Part shown: positions 39,419-47,366 of the stretch, piece after piece
Layout of the letters: each line of letters begins with the position of its first letter
Numbering within the stretch: the first letter of the stretch is position 1
Assembly: GCA_965279315.1 (NCBI GenBank)
Contig: OZ257145.1
Location: forward strand, 2,228,295 to 2,292,294
Source of the DNA: Alphaproteobacteria bacterium
GTDB taxonomy: Bacteria > Pseudomonadota > Alphaproteobacteria > Micavibrionales > UBA2020
Direction of reading: 5' to 3'
Length of the DNA stretch: 64,000 bases
Translations under genes and position numbers: made by a program
The notes under the pieces: model-generated
The model's input: the letters and a program-made list of their open reading frames with translations, nothing else
Database searches by the model: none
What the model was told of the DNA's origin: nothing

Positions 39419-40231
39419 TTACAGGTTAAAGCCCGGCTTCTTCGGCGGCTTCGGCGCATCGTCCTGCACTGCAGGTTTTGCGGGGGGCGTCACGGCTTCA
39501 TCAAATGCTTTGGACAGTTTGAAATCGCCATCATCCGCGCTCACACGACCGATTTTTTTCGATCCGCCCGATGACAGGCGCGCCGTGCTGTGCGCCAGCT
39601 GTATTTTCATCGAACCGCCCGCATTCGCCCGCGCACCCGCGCCGATGGCGCCGATATGCATCGACCCGCCGGAATTGACCGTACTGTTACCGCCGATTTC
39701 ACCGACATGCATCGATCCACCGGAAGTGACGCCCGCGCCGCTGCCGATGTTTTCGGCATGAAAACTGCCGCCGGAACGCGACGACAGGTCGTTGCCGGTG
39801 TCGTTCAGGTGCACGCTGCCATCGGCGCGTGCCTGCAGTTTGTCGCCGGCATCGCCCTTGATCTCAAGCGCGCCATCGGTCACCAAATTTACGCGCGCGC
39901 CTGCGTCACCATCAATGGTGATGCCTGAAAGCCCTGATTGCACCTTCGAGCCGCCGCCAGAAATGACGCGGCCATTCACGATCACGCGGCCGCCAACCAG
40001 ATCGCCACTGATGACGACATTATTGCTGCCTGAAATTGAAATCGAATTGCCGCCGCCATTCGCCGTCACGCGCGCATCGTCGCCGACATTGCCCGTCACA
40101 TGGATGCCGCCATCGGTGATGGTGACCGTCGCGCCAGCGCCGATGCTGCCGTTCAATTCCAGCGAGCCTTTGTGCTTGAACACTTCGCCGGAGGCGATGT
40201 CGCGGGTGAGGGTGGTGATGCCGTTGGTCAT
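39419..40231 (-). CDS. Gly-rich beta-helix repeat protein with K/P-rich tail
   Basis: 17-aa repeats (SGGSxHxxxIGxxxxV); start MTNGITT after GAGG; ends LSKAFDEAV...APKPPKKPGFNL. Confidence 0.78.
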   Translation of the reverse strand: MTNGITTLTRDIASGEVFKHKGSLELNGSIGAGATVTITDGGIHVTGNVGDDARVTANGGGNSISISGSNNVVISGDLVGGRVIVNGRVISGGGSKVQSGLSGITIDGDAGARVNLVTDGALEIKGDAGDKLQARADGSVHLNDTGNDLSSRSGGSFHAENIGSGAGVTSGGSMHVGEIGGNSTVNSGGSMHIGAIGAGARANAGGSMKIQLAHSTARLSSGGSKKIGRVSADDGDFKLSKAFDEAVTPPAKPAVQDDAPKPPKKPGFNL

Positions 40232-40412
40232 GGAAACCTCGTGATGTGCAATAGGACGCGATGATGCCACAGGCGTTTTCATAAACCAAGCAATATTTGA
40301 AAACCGTCAAATGGCTAACTGACTGAAATACAGTCATAAATTATCTGGCCAAAACCGCTGGCCGCGCCTTGCCACATCCGGTAAAAACAATCATTCACAT
40401 CAAAGGCAGCAC

Positions 40413-41492
40413 ATGAGCGACCCCACGCAATTGCCCAAAAAGTTCTCCGCGACAGAAGGCGCCGGCATCCTTGTGCTGGCGCGCGATACGGGGCGGCTGA
40501 TGGCGTTGAAACGCTCCGACCATGTGAAGCAGGGGCGCACCTGGGCGCTGGCGGGTGGCTTGCTCGATCCCGGCGAGACGCCTGCGCATGGCGCGGCGCG
40601 GGAATTCCGCGAAGAAACAAATTATCAGGGCAAGGATTTCGACCTCATCCCGCTGGCCGAATTCAGGCAGAACGGGTTCACCTATAACAACTACCTTGCC
40701 GTCGTCGATCACGAATTCGCGCCCGACCTCGACCATGAAAACGAGGGCTTCAAATGGGTCGACAGTTTGCAGGACTGGCCCGAACCTGCGCATTTCGGCA
40801 TCACGTACCTGATGAACGATGCCGACAGCATGGCGATTGTGAATGCCGAGCAGAAGGCAATCAGGGGCACGCTGAAAAATCCCGTCATGCCGGTTTATCC
40901 GCCCGTGCTGTTCCATGTCGAGCCGAACCAGCAAAAAGGCGACCCGATCAAGCCGCATAACGGCATCATCCACGCCGCCGAAAACCCGCGCATGGCCATC
41001 GCCAGCCTGTTCCCGAAACAGCATCGCATCGCGACGACCGGTCTTGATTGCGAAGACGTCGTAGTGATTATCGAAGACCGCGACAGCTTCCTGAAAAATG
41101 TAAAATTCGAAGGCTTCGTCAGCATGCATCCCGGCGACCTGTTCACGCAGAAAACCCCGGGCAGCACGCATTGGGTATCAGGCGATGCACCGCCCATGCG
41201 AGGCCGTGGTTTCTTCGACAAAATCCGCAGCCTTGACGATGCGATGCTGTATGGCTTGCATGTGTTGTTCACGCCCGCGCCGGTCAGCGCGGCGGAAAAA
41301 GACAAAATCCGCGCCGCTGCCGCAACGCCCGACGGCATCAAGAAAATGGTCGCCGATGGTACGCTGGTCTACGAAAACGCCGCGCGCAATATCCATGTCT
41401 CGCCACAACTAAACCCCGATATGGCAGGCACCGAGACGAAGAACAAAGTCCCCTTCGTGCGCATCTTCCGCGCCAAGCCCCCGCAACAATAA
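40413..41492 (+). CDS. NUDIX hydrolase fused to a domain paralogous to 37541..38263
   Basis: NUDIX box GGLLDPGETPAHGAAREFREETN; C-terminal half aligns by eye with 37541..38263; ends RIFRAKPPQQ. Confidence 0.82.
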   Translation: MSDPTQLPKKFSATEGAGILVLARDTGRLMALKRSDHVKQGRTWALAGGLLDPGETPAHGAAREFREETNYQGKDFDLIPLAEFRQNGFTYNNYLAVVDHEFAPDLDHENEGFKWVDSLQDWPEPAHFGITYLMNDADSMAIVNAEQKAIRGTLKNPVMPVYPPVLFHVEPNQQKGDPIKPHNGIIHAAENPRMAIASLFPKQHRIATTGLDCEDVVVIIEDRDSFLKNVKFEGFVSMHPGDLFTQKTPGSTHWVSGDAPPMRGRGFFDKIRSLDDAMLYGLHVLFTPAPVSAAEKDKIRAAAATPDGIKKMVADGTLVYENAARNIHVSPQLNPDMAGTETKNKVPFVRIFRAKPPQQ

Positions 41493-41496
41493 AGAA

Positions 41497-41529
41497 AAGA
41501 CCCTTCCGGGGTCAGGCCGGAAGGGTCTT
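41497..41529. terminator. Terminator between convergent NUDIX and ibpA genes
   Basis: AAGACCCTTCCGG / CCGGAAGGGTCTT inverted repeat with A-run on the left (U-tract for the minus strand). Confidence 0.75.
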
Positions 41530-41563
41530 GCCAGTCTTCGGTTGTGTGTAGTCGAAGCGTTAT

Positions 41564-42025
41564 TTAGTTCGCTTTTTTACCGTCAATCACGGGCGCGGCA
41601 GCGCCCTTGATCTCGATCTTGCGCGGCTTTTTCGCCTCCGGCACTTCGCGGACGAGTGCGATGGTGAGCAAGCCGTTATCAATCCCCGCATCCGCCACGC
41701 GGATATGGTCGGCCAGCTGGAAGCGGCGTTCGAACGCGCGCTCCGCAATGCCACGATGCAGGTATACTGTGCCTTCTGCCTCTTCACGCGGCACCGCGCG
41801 GCCCTGTACGACCAGCTGGTTTTCCTTTGCCACAATGTCGAGATCTTCGGCGCGGAAACCCGCGACCGCCATCGTGATGCGGTAATTGTCTTCATCCAGC
41901 TTCACGATGTTGTAGGGCGGATAGGCCGTGCCAGTATCGGCGACGAGGCTGTTTTCCAGCATCTGCGACAGGCGGTCGAAACCGACGGTGGAACGGAAGA
42001 GGGGCGTGAAATCGAGTGCGTGCAT
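41564..42025 (-). CDS. ibpA: Small heat-shock protein IbpA (Hsp20 family)
   Basis: DFTPLFRSTVGFDR, YPPYNI, LHRGIAERAFERRF; ATG at 42025 after AAGGAGG. Confidence 0.93.
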   Translation of the reverse strand: MHALDFTPLFRSTVGFDRLSQMLENSLVADTGTAYPPYNIVKLDEDNYRITMAVAGFRAEDLDIVAKENQLVVQGRAVPREEAEGTVYLHRGIAERAFERRFQLADHIRVADAGIDNGLLTIALVREVPEAKKPRKIEIKGAAAPVIDGKKAN

Positions 42026-42028
42026 GTT

Positions 42029-42050
42029 GATATCCTCCTTGAGCAATATC
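42029..42050 (-). promoter_or_regulatory. ROSE-like RNA thermometer hairpin covering the ibpA ribosome-binding site
   Basis: Minus strand GATATTGCTC-AAG-GAGGATATC: the UUGCU motif with a bulged G pairs with the SD. Confidence 0.7.
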
Positions 42051-42143
42051 AGTCTATGTTAAGACAGGCCGCAATAACGCGCGCCTGCCGGGGGACTGTC
42101 AGCAGCCCCGTCATGGGCACCGCTCGTCCTCCTTGCGCTCTTT

Positions 42144-42174
42144 CTACGGGGCGGGCTGGCAGGTGGATCACAAG
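42144..42174 (-). promoter_or_regulatory. Putative RpoH (sigma32) promoter of ibpA
   Basis: Minus strand CTTGTG-N17-CCCCGTAG. Confidence 0.4.
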
Positions 42175-42186
42175 AAAAATGCCAAA

Positions 42187-42225
42187 AATAAAACCGCCCG
42201 GGCTTGCGCACCGGGCGGTTTTATT
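42187..42225 (-). terminator. Intrinsic terminator of rpmE
   Basis: AATAAAACCGCCCGG / CCGGGCGGTTTTATT inverted repeat with A/T flanks. Confidence 0.8.
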
Positions 42226-42241
42226 AAATCTTTGAAAAAGC

Positions 42242-42598
42242 TTACTTCTTTTTCGCTTCTTTTGCGGCCTTGATGGGGGCGGCAGCTTCAGCGGCAGGAG
42301 CGGCGGCGGCGGCAGCAGCTGCGGCGCCTTTTTTCGCTTCTGCGCCTTTTTCAAGCGCTGCGTTTGCGGTTTCAGCCGCTGCAACGCCGAGGCCTGCGTA
42401 TTTGTTGCCGAACTTGGCAAGGCGGCCTTTTTCCATCACCTTCGCGGTGCCACCGGTCCAGGCCGGGTGGTTCAGGGGGTCGATGTCGAGACGCATAACG
42501 TCGCCATCTTTGCCCATCGTGGAACGGATGGTGTGTTCCGAGCCATCGGTCATGATCATTTTGAGGGTATTGTATTGCGGGTGGATTTTCTCTTTCAT
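42242..42598 (-). CDS. rpmE: 50S ribosomal protein L31 with Ala/Lys-rich C-terminal extension
   Basis: MKEKIHPQY, TDGS, LDIDPLNHPAWTGG, GRLAKF; no Zn-binding Cys. Confidence 0.95.
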   Translation of the reverse strand: MKEKIHPQYNTLKMIMTDGSEHTIRSTMGKDGDVMRLDIDPLNHPAWTGGTAKVMEKGRLAKFGNKYAGLGVAAAETANAALEKGAEAKKGAAAAAAAAAPAAEAAAPIKAAKEAKKK

Positions 42599-42807
42599 AG
42601 CCGTCAGCTCCTAGGAAAACTTTTGCAGGCAGCCGTCCGAAAGCGGATAGCGCCACAGGTTGCAGTTTTTACCGTCATTACGCGTAATATGCAAGCAATT
42701 TATTGACTTTGCCGGACATTCGTTCAATCTCACGTCCAGACGCTGTTTTGCCTCAAAAACACTATTTACATAATATTAAAAACAGGCAAGCGGCGGTGGA
42801 GCAGGGA

Positions 42808-44589
42808 ATGGACGAGCAAATCGAAAATCTACGCGTGGACAAGGGGGTAGAGAAGCCCCTGAAGTTCCTCTGGCCGCTATTGTGGCCCTATCGCTACCTG
42901 CTGGCGGGCGGCATCGCGGGCATGTCCATTTCGGCAGTCCTGACCCTCGCGGTCGGCTGGGGGCTGAAGGGAATCGTCGACAAGGCCTTTGCGGCGGGCA
43001 GCGATGCCTACCTGAACAATGCCCTGTCCATCCTCGCCGTCGTTGTCATCATCATGGCGGCGTCCACCTATATGCGGCTGCGGCTGGTCTATCTGGTGGC
43101 GGAGCGGGTGATCCGCGACCTGCGGGCCAAAATTTACAAACATCTCCTGACCCTCGACCCCGCCTTTTTCGAACAGAACAAGACCGGCGACCAGGTTTCG
43201 CGCATCAATGCCGATACCAGCATTTTGCAAATCGTCATCACGACCAACCTGCCGATGGCGTTCCGCCATTCGTTAATGCTGACAGGCGGTTTGGTCATGC
43301 TCTGCGTCGTCAGCCCGTCGATGACGGGGGTGGTGATGCTGGCCGTGCCGGTGGTGCTGGGGCCGCTGCTGTGGTTCGGCCGCCGCGTGCGCGCCAAATC
43401 GCGCGACACCCAGACGCGCGTGGGCGATGTGGGGTCGTACAGCCTTGAAACATTGCAGGGCATCCAGACGATCCAGTCTTTCGGTTACGAAGACGCCGCA
43501 TCGTCGCATTTCAGTGCGCTGGCCGATCAGGTTTACAAAACCGCGCTGCGTTATATCCATACCCGCGCCATCCTGATTGCCTGGGTCATCTCGACGGTCT
43601 TCGGCGCGATCGGCGTGGTGCTGTGGTATGGCGGGCATAAGGTTTTGACAGGTTCCATGTCGGCAGGCGAATTGTCGGCATTCATATTCTATGTCGCCAT
43701 CGTGGCGGGGGCGGTGACGGCTGTCAGCGAGTCCCTGAGTGATTTCAACCGCGCCGCCGGCGCTGCCGACCGCATCGCGGGCATCCTCGAAGCCGCACCT
43801 GTGGTGAAAACGCCTGCCGTGCCGAAACTTCTGCCGGAAAAAATCGCGGGCAGCATTGCGTTCGATAACGTCAGTTTCAGCTATCCCACGCGCCCCGGCC
43901 AGCACGCGCTGCATGGCGTGACATTCAACATCGCCCCCGGGGAAATCGTGGCGCTGGTGGGACCCAGCGGCGCGGGCAAAACAACCACCTTCCAGCTGCT
44001 CCAGCGTTTCTACGACCCGCAGCAAGGGCGCGTGACGATAGATGGCATCGACCTTGCCGAATGCGACCCGCGCGATGCGCGTAAACATTTGAGCGTCGTG
44101 TCGCAAGACCCCGCCGTATTCTCGCTCTCGATTGCCGACAACATCCGCGTGGCAAAACCCGCGGCGACCGATGCCGAAGTGAAGCGCGCCGCCGAACTGG
44201 CGCAGGCCGATGAATTTATCCTGAAACTGCCGCAGGGGTACAACACGCTTGTGGGTGAACGCGGCAACCGTCTTTCCGGCGGGCAGAAACAACGCATCGC
44301 CATCGCGCGTGCCATCCTGAAGGATTCCAAAATCCTGCTGCTGGACGAAGCGACCTCCGCCCTCGATGCTGCCAACGAAATCGCCGTCCACAAGGCGCTG
44401 CGCAACCTGATGGAAGGCCGCACGACCCTGATTATCGCGCACCGCCTCTCCACCGTGCAGAACGCGGGAAATATCATCGTAATGGATCAGGGTGGCGTGG
44501 TGGCGCAGGGCACGCATGCGCAACTGTTCGAGCAGGAAGGTGTCTATAAACACCTCGCCGCCTTGCAGATGGATCTGAACGCAAGTTAG
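42808..44589 (+). CDS. ABC exporter, fused permease/ATPase (MsbA-related)
   Basis: TM domain followed by GPSGAGKTT, LSGGQKQR, LLDEATSALD; likely ATG at 42808. Confidence 0.92.
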   Translation: MDEQIENLRVDKGVEKPLKFLWPLLWPYRYLLAGGIAGMSISAVLTLAVGWGLKGIVDKAFAAGSDAYLNNALSILAVVVIIMAASTYMRLRLVYLVAERVIRDLRAKIYKHLLTLDPAFFEQNKTGDQVSRINADTSILQIVITTNLPMAFRHSLMLTGGLVMLCVVSPSMTGVVMLAVPVVLGPLLWFGRRVRAKSRDTQTRVGDVGSYSLETLQGIQTIQSFGYEDAASSHFSALADQVYKTALRYIHTRAILIAWVISTVFGAIGVVLWYGGHKVLTGSMSAGELSAFIFYVAIVAGAVTAVSESLSDFNRAAGAADRIAGILEAAPVVKTPAVPKLLPEKIAGSIAFDNVSFSYPTRPGQHALHGVTFNIAPGEIVALVGPSGAGKTTTFQLLQRFYDPQQGRVTIDGIDLAECDPRDARKHLSVVSQDPAVFSLSIADNIRVAKPAATDAEVKRAAELAQADEFILKLPQGYNTLVGERGNRLSGGQKQRIAIARAILKDSKILLLDEATSALDAANEIAVHKALRNLMEGRTTLIIAHRLSTVQNAGNIIVMDQGGVVAQGTHAQLFEQEGVYKHLAALQMDLNAS

Positions 44590-45641
44590 GCGCGCGGTAC
44601 GGCGAGTTTATAACGCTTCACGGCCCAGCTGCTGAAGAACCACACCATCGGCGTCATGATCATCGAGGCATAACCGTCCACGGCGTAATGCCAGTTCAGC
44701 GTGACGGACCCGACCATGATGACCGCCAGATAGAAATAGCTGGCCCAGCGCGCCACGCGCCCATAATGACGCCCCAGCAACGCGAAGACGACGGCCATGG
44801 CGACATGGATGCTGGGGAAGGCGGAAATGCCGTTGATGATGCCGCCCTTGCCCTGCGCATGGTTTTCCCACAGCACGTTCTTGAAGGCGAGTGCGTTCAC
44901 GCCTTGCGTTTTGTCGAGATGGTCAAGGAATGCCATCTGCGCGTCATAGGGATTGGGCAGCGACGACACATACTGGAAATAGCAAGGGCCCGCCGAAGAT
45001 GCCGCCAGCGCGATCACGGTGCCCAGCACGATCCAGACGATGTAATAGCACAGGAAAAATGTCGCGCGCAGTTCAGGGGATTTAGACGCAAAGGCCTGCT
45101 GCAGAATGACGAAAAGGTTTATCAGCAGCCAGAAGGTGTAAAGGAAATCGATGGCATAGATCACGGCCGCATTTGAAAAAATCGGCGCGATGAATTCCCA
45201 CGGCGTCTTGCCGAAATGGATTGCGCGGTCGGCCCGCATCAATGTTTCATCCGCCCAGAAGGGCACGAAATCGGTGAAGCTGGTCTTGAAGGTCAGGAAA
45301 ACGGAATGGAAAAACAGCGTGACCACGACAAGCAGGAACCCGGAGATCACGAAATCGCGGTGGTAAAAACGCGCCAGCTTGTCCTTCACGCTGCGCGGCC
45401 AGCCGAGATACAGCAGTGCGAACATGATGATCGCGATCGGCTGGAATAGCAGGCTGATATAGGCGAACAGCGTGAATTCGATGCCGCGCCCGTTGAACAT
45501 TGCGAAAGCGACGGTGGAATAGGCCACGAACAGCGCGGCAATAATGCGGAAGATCGGCGTTGACGCGGCAAGTTTCAGTTCGGGCGATATTTGCGCCCAA
45601 AGGCGGGCAGCAAAGGATGCTGCTTTACCGGGGGCAGGCAT
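44586..45641 (-). CDS. PAP2 superfamily membrane protein (PAP2_3/AUR1-like phosphotransferase)
   Basis: Multiple TM segments, SAGPC, ISAFPSIHV, WHYAVDG. Confidence 0.8.
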   Translation of the reverse strand: MPAPGKAASFAARLWAQISPELKLAASTPIFRIIAALFVAYSTVAFAMFNGRGIEFTLFAYISLLFQPIAIIMFALLYLGWPRSVKDKLARFYHRDFVISGFLLVVVTLFFHSVFLTFKTSFTDFVPFWADETLMRADRAIHFGKTPWEFIAPIFSNAAVIYAIDFLYTFWLLINLFVILQQAFASKSPELRATFFLCYYIVWIVLGTVIALAASSAGPCYFQYVSSLPNPYDAQMAFLDHLDKTQGVNALAFKNVLWENHAQGKGGIINGISAFPSIHVAMAVVFALLGRHYGRVARWASYFYLAVIMVGSVTLNWHYAVDGYASMIMTPMVWFFSSWAVKRYKLAVPRA

Positions 45642-47356
45642 CAGCGTGCGAAGATAAGGTCGACGCGGTCAAGCGGCTGGCGGTCGCTGTCATTTCCGGC
45701 GGCTTTCACATCGACGCGGGTCGGCTTGATGCCCTTGTCCATCAGGTAGGAGCGCACGGCAAGCGCGCGTGACAGGGCGATGCGGCGTGCGCTCGACTGG
45801 CTGCCGTCCTCGCCGGATGCATAGCCGCGCACCTGCAGGCGGCCTTCGATCATGTCGGCCATCTGGTGGATGACGGCGTCGAGTTTCTTTTGCGATTCAC
45901 CGGTAAGGTCACTGGAATTGCCGGGGAAGCCGAGCGTCAGGTCGTCGATCACGGGCACGACGGGCATGGCTTCCGTCGCTTCCGACGGCTGGTTCGGGTC
46001 GGTCATCGGCGCACCGATGATTTCGAGCGGGGGGCGCGGCGTGGCGGCCGTTGCTTCAGGCGCAGGTGCAACGGGTGCTACAGCCTGTTCAACGGGCACG
46101 ACAGGCACGGCTTCGGGCAGCGGCGCTGCAATTTCAGGTAAGGGCGCCGCGGCAACCGGCGCGACAGGCTGCGCGGTCATTTTTGGGACTGTATGCGCAA
46201 CGGGTGCGGTGGCATGCGCCGGCGCGATGGCTGTACCGACCGAGGGCGGTGCGCTGACAATCGGCTTGCCGCTAACAACCGGCTTGCCGCTGGGCGGGCT
46301 GCGCGGTTCCAGCGGCACAAGGCGCTGTTCTTTCATCACCGGCGGCTGTGAAATGATGCGGCTGCGCGTGGGGGCTGGCGCGGCGACAGGCGCAGTTACA
46401 GCATCTGCAACAGGCGCGGGAATGTCGGCTGCGGCCATGCGCACGGGTTCGGGCGTGGGTTCGGGCGTCACTTCGGCAGCAGGTTCAACGGCGGCAGTTT
46501 CTGCAACAGGTTCTTTTTCGGCAGGAACTTCGGCAACAGCCTCGGCCTTCGCTTCAATTTTTTCTTCGGCCTTCACTTCGGGCTGCGCATCCATTTCAAT
46601 TTCGGTCGCGGCAACCTCGATTTTCGGCTCGGGTGATTTTTCGGGCGTGGCAACGGCGGCGACAGCGGGCATGTCATCGACAACCGAATGCGACGGTTTG
46701 TAAACCTTGGCCGTCATTGCGGCCATTTTCACGGGTTCCGGTTTCTTTTCGCCCATTTCCGGTTTGCGGCGGGGCAGGGGCAGCGGTTTTTCGGGCTCGG
46801 AAATCGCGCCCGCCATTTCTTCCATATCCGCCTCGCGGTACAGCTCCGCATCGGATGGCATGTTTGGCATGTCATCGACGGGCGAATAGGAGCGGATCAC
46901 GCTGTGCTTCACGACCGGCGGCGGCATCGGCATTTCACCGTCCGGCGTTGCGGGGGAATGCGCGGCCGCGACGCGCGACGGCAGGACGGGATGCGCAACG
47001 GGCGGCGTAATTTCGGGTGCTGTCTCTTCTTCGGCTGCGGGTGCGGTCAGGACGGGCTTCAGAAGCTTGCGTTTTTGCGCGGGCACAGCCACTTCCTGCA
47101 TCACGATAGGCTGGGTCTCGGGCATCGCCTCGACAGCTTGTGCGGGCATTTCTCGCGGCTGCGACACGGGCAGGGGTTCCTGCACCACATCGGTCTGCGC
47201 GTGGTATTCCTGTTCCTGGCGGTCGTTCAGGACATCGAGGTTAACCTCGACCTGCGCCTTGTCGGATGACTGGTAACGCTGGACGTATTGCGCCTGCGCG
47301 GGCGATGACAGCAAGGCTGCGATTGCGGTGCAGAGGAATAATTGCCGGCGCATCAT
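45641..47356 (-). CDS. OmpA-like peptidoglycan-binding protein with very long Pro/Ala/Glu-rich linker
   Basis: Signal peptide ending AQA; low-complexity middle; C-terminal RRIALSRALAVRSYL...DRVD. Confidence 0.8.
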   Translation of the reverse strand: MMRRQLFLCTAIAALLSSPAQAQYVQRYQSSDKAQVEVNLDVLNDRQEQEYHAQTDVVQEPLPVSQPREMPAQAVEAMPETQPIVMQEVAVPAQKRKLLKPVLTAPAAEEETAPEITPPVAHPVLPSRVAAAHSPATPDGEMPMPPPVVKHSVIRSYSPVDDMPNMPSDAELYREADMEEMAGAISEPEKPLPLPRRKPEMGEKKPEPVKMAAMTAKVYKPSHSVVDDMPAVAAVATPEKSPEPKIEVAATEIEMDAQPEVKAEEKIEAKAEAVAEVPAEKEPVAETAAVEPAAEVTPEPTPEPVRMAAADIPAPVADAVTAPVAAPAPTRSRIISQPPVMKEQRLVPLEPRSPPSGKPVVSGKPIVSAPPSVGTAIAPAHATAPVAHTVPKMTAQPVAPVAAAPLPEIAAPLPEAVPVVPVEQAVAPVAPAPEATAATPRPPLEIIGAPMTDPNQPSEATEAMPVVPVIDDLTLGFPGNSSDLTGESQKKLDAVIHQMADMIEGRLQVRGYASGEDGSQSSARRIALSRALAVRSYLMDKGIKPTRVDVKAAGNDSDRQPLDRVDLIFAR

Positions 47357-47366
47357 GAAGACCTCT

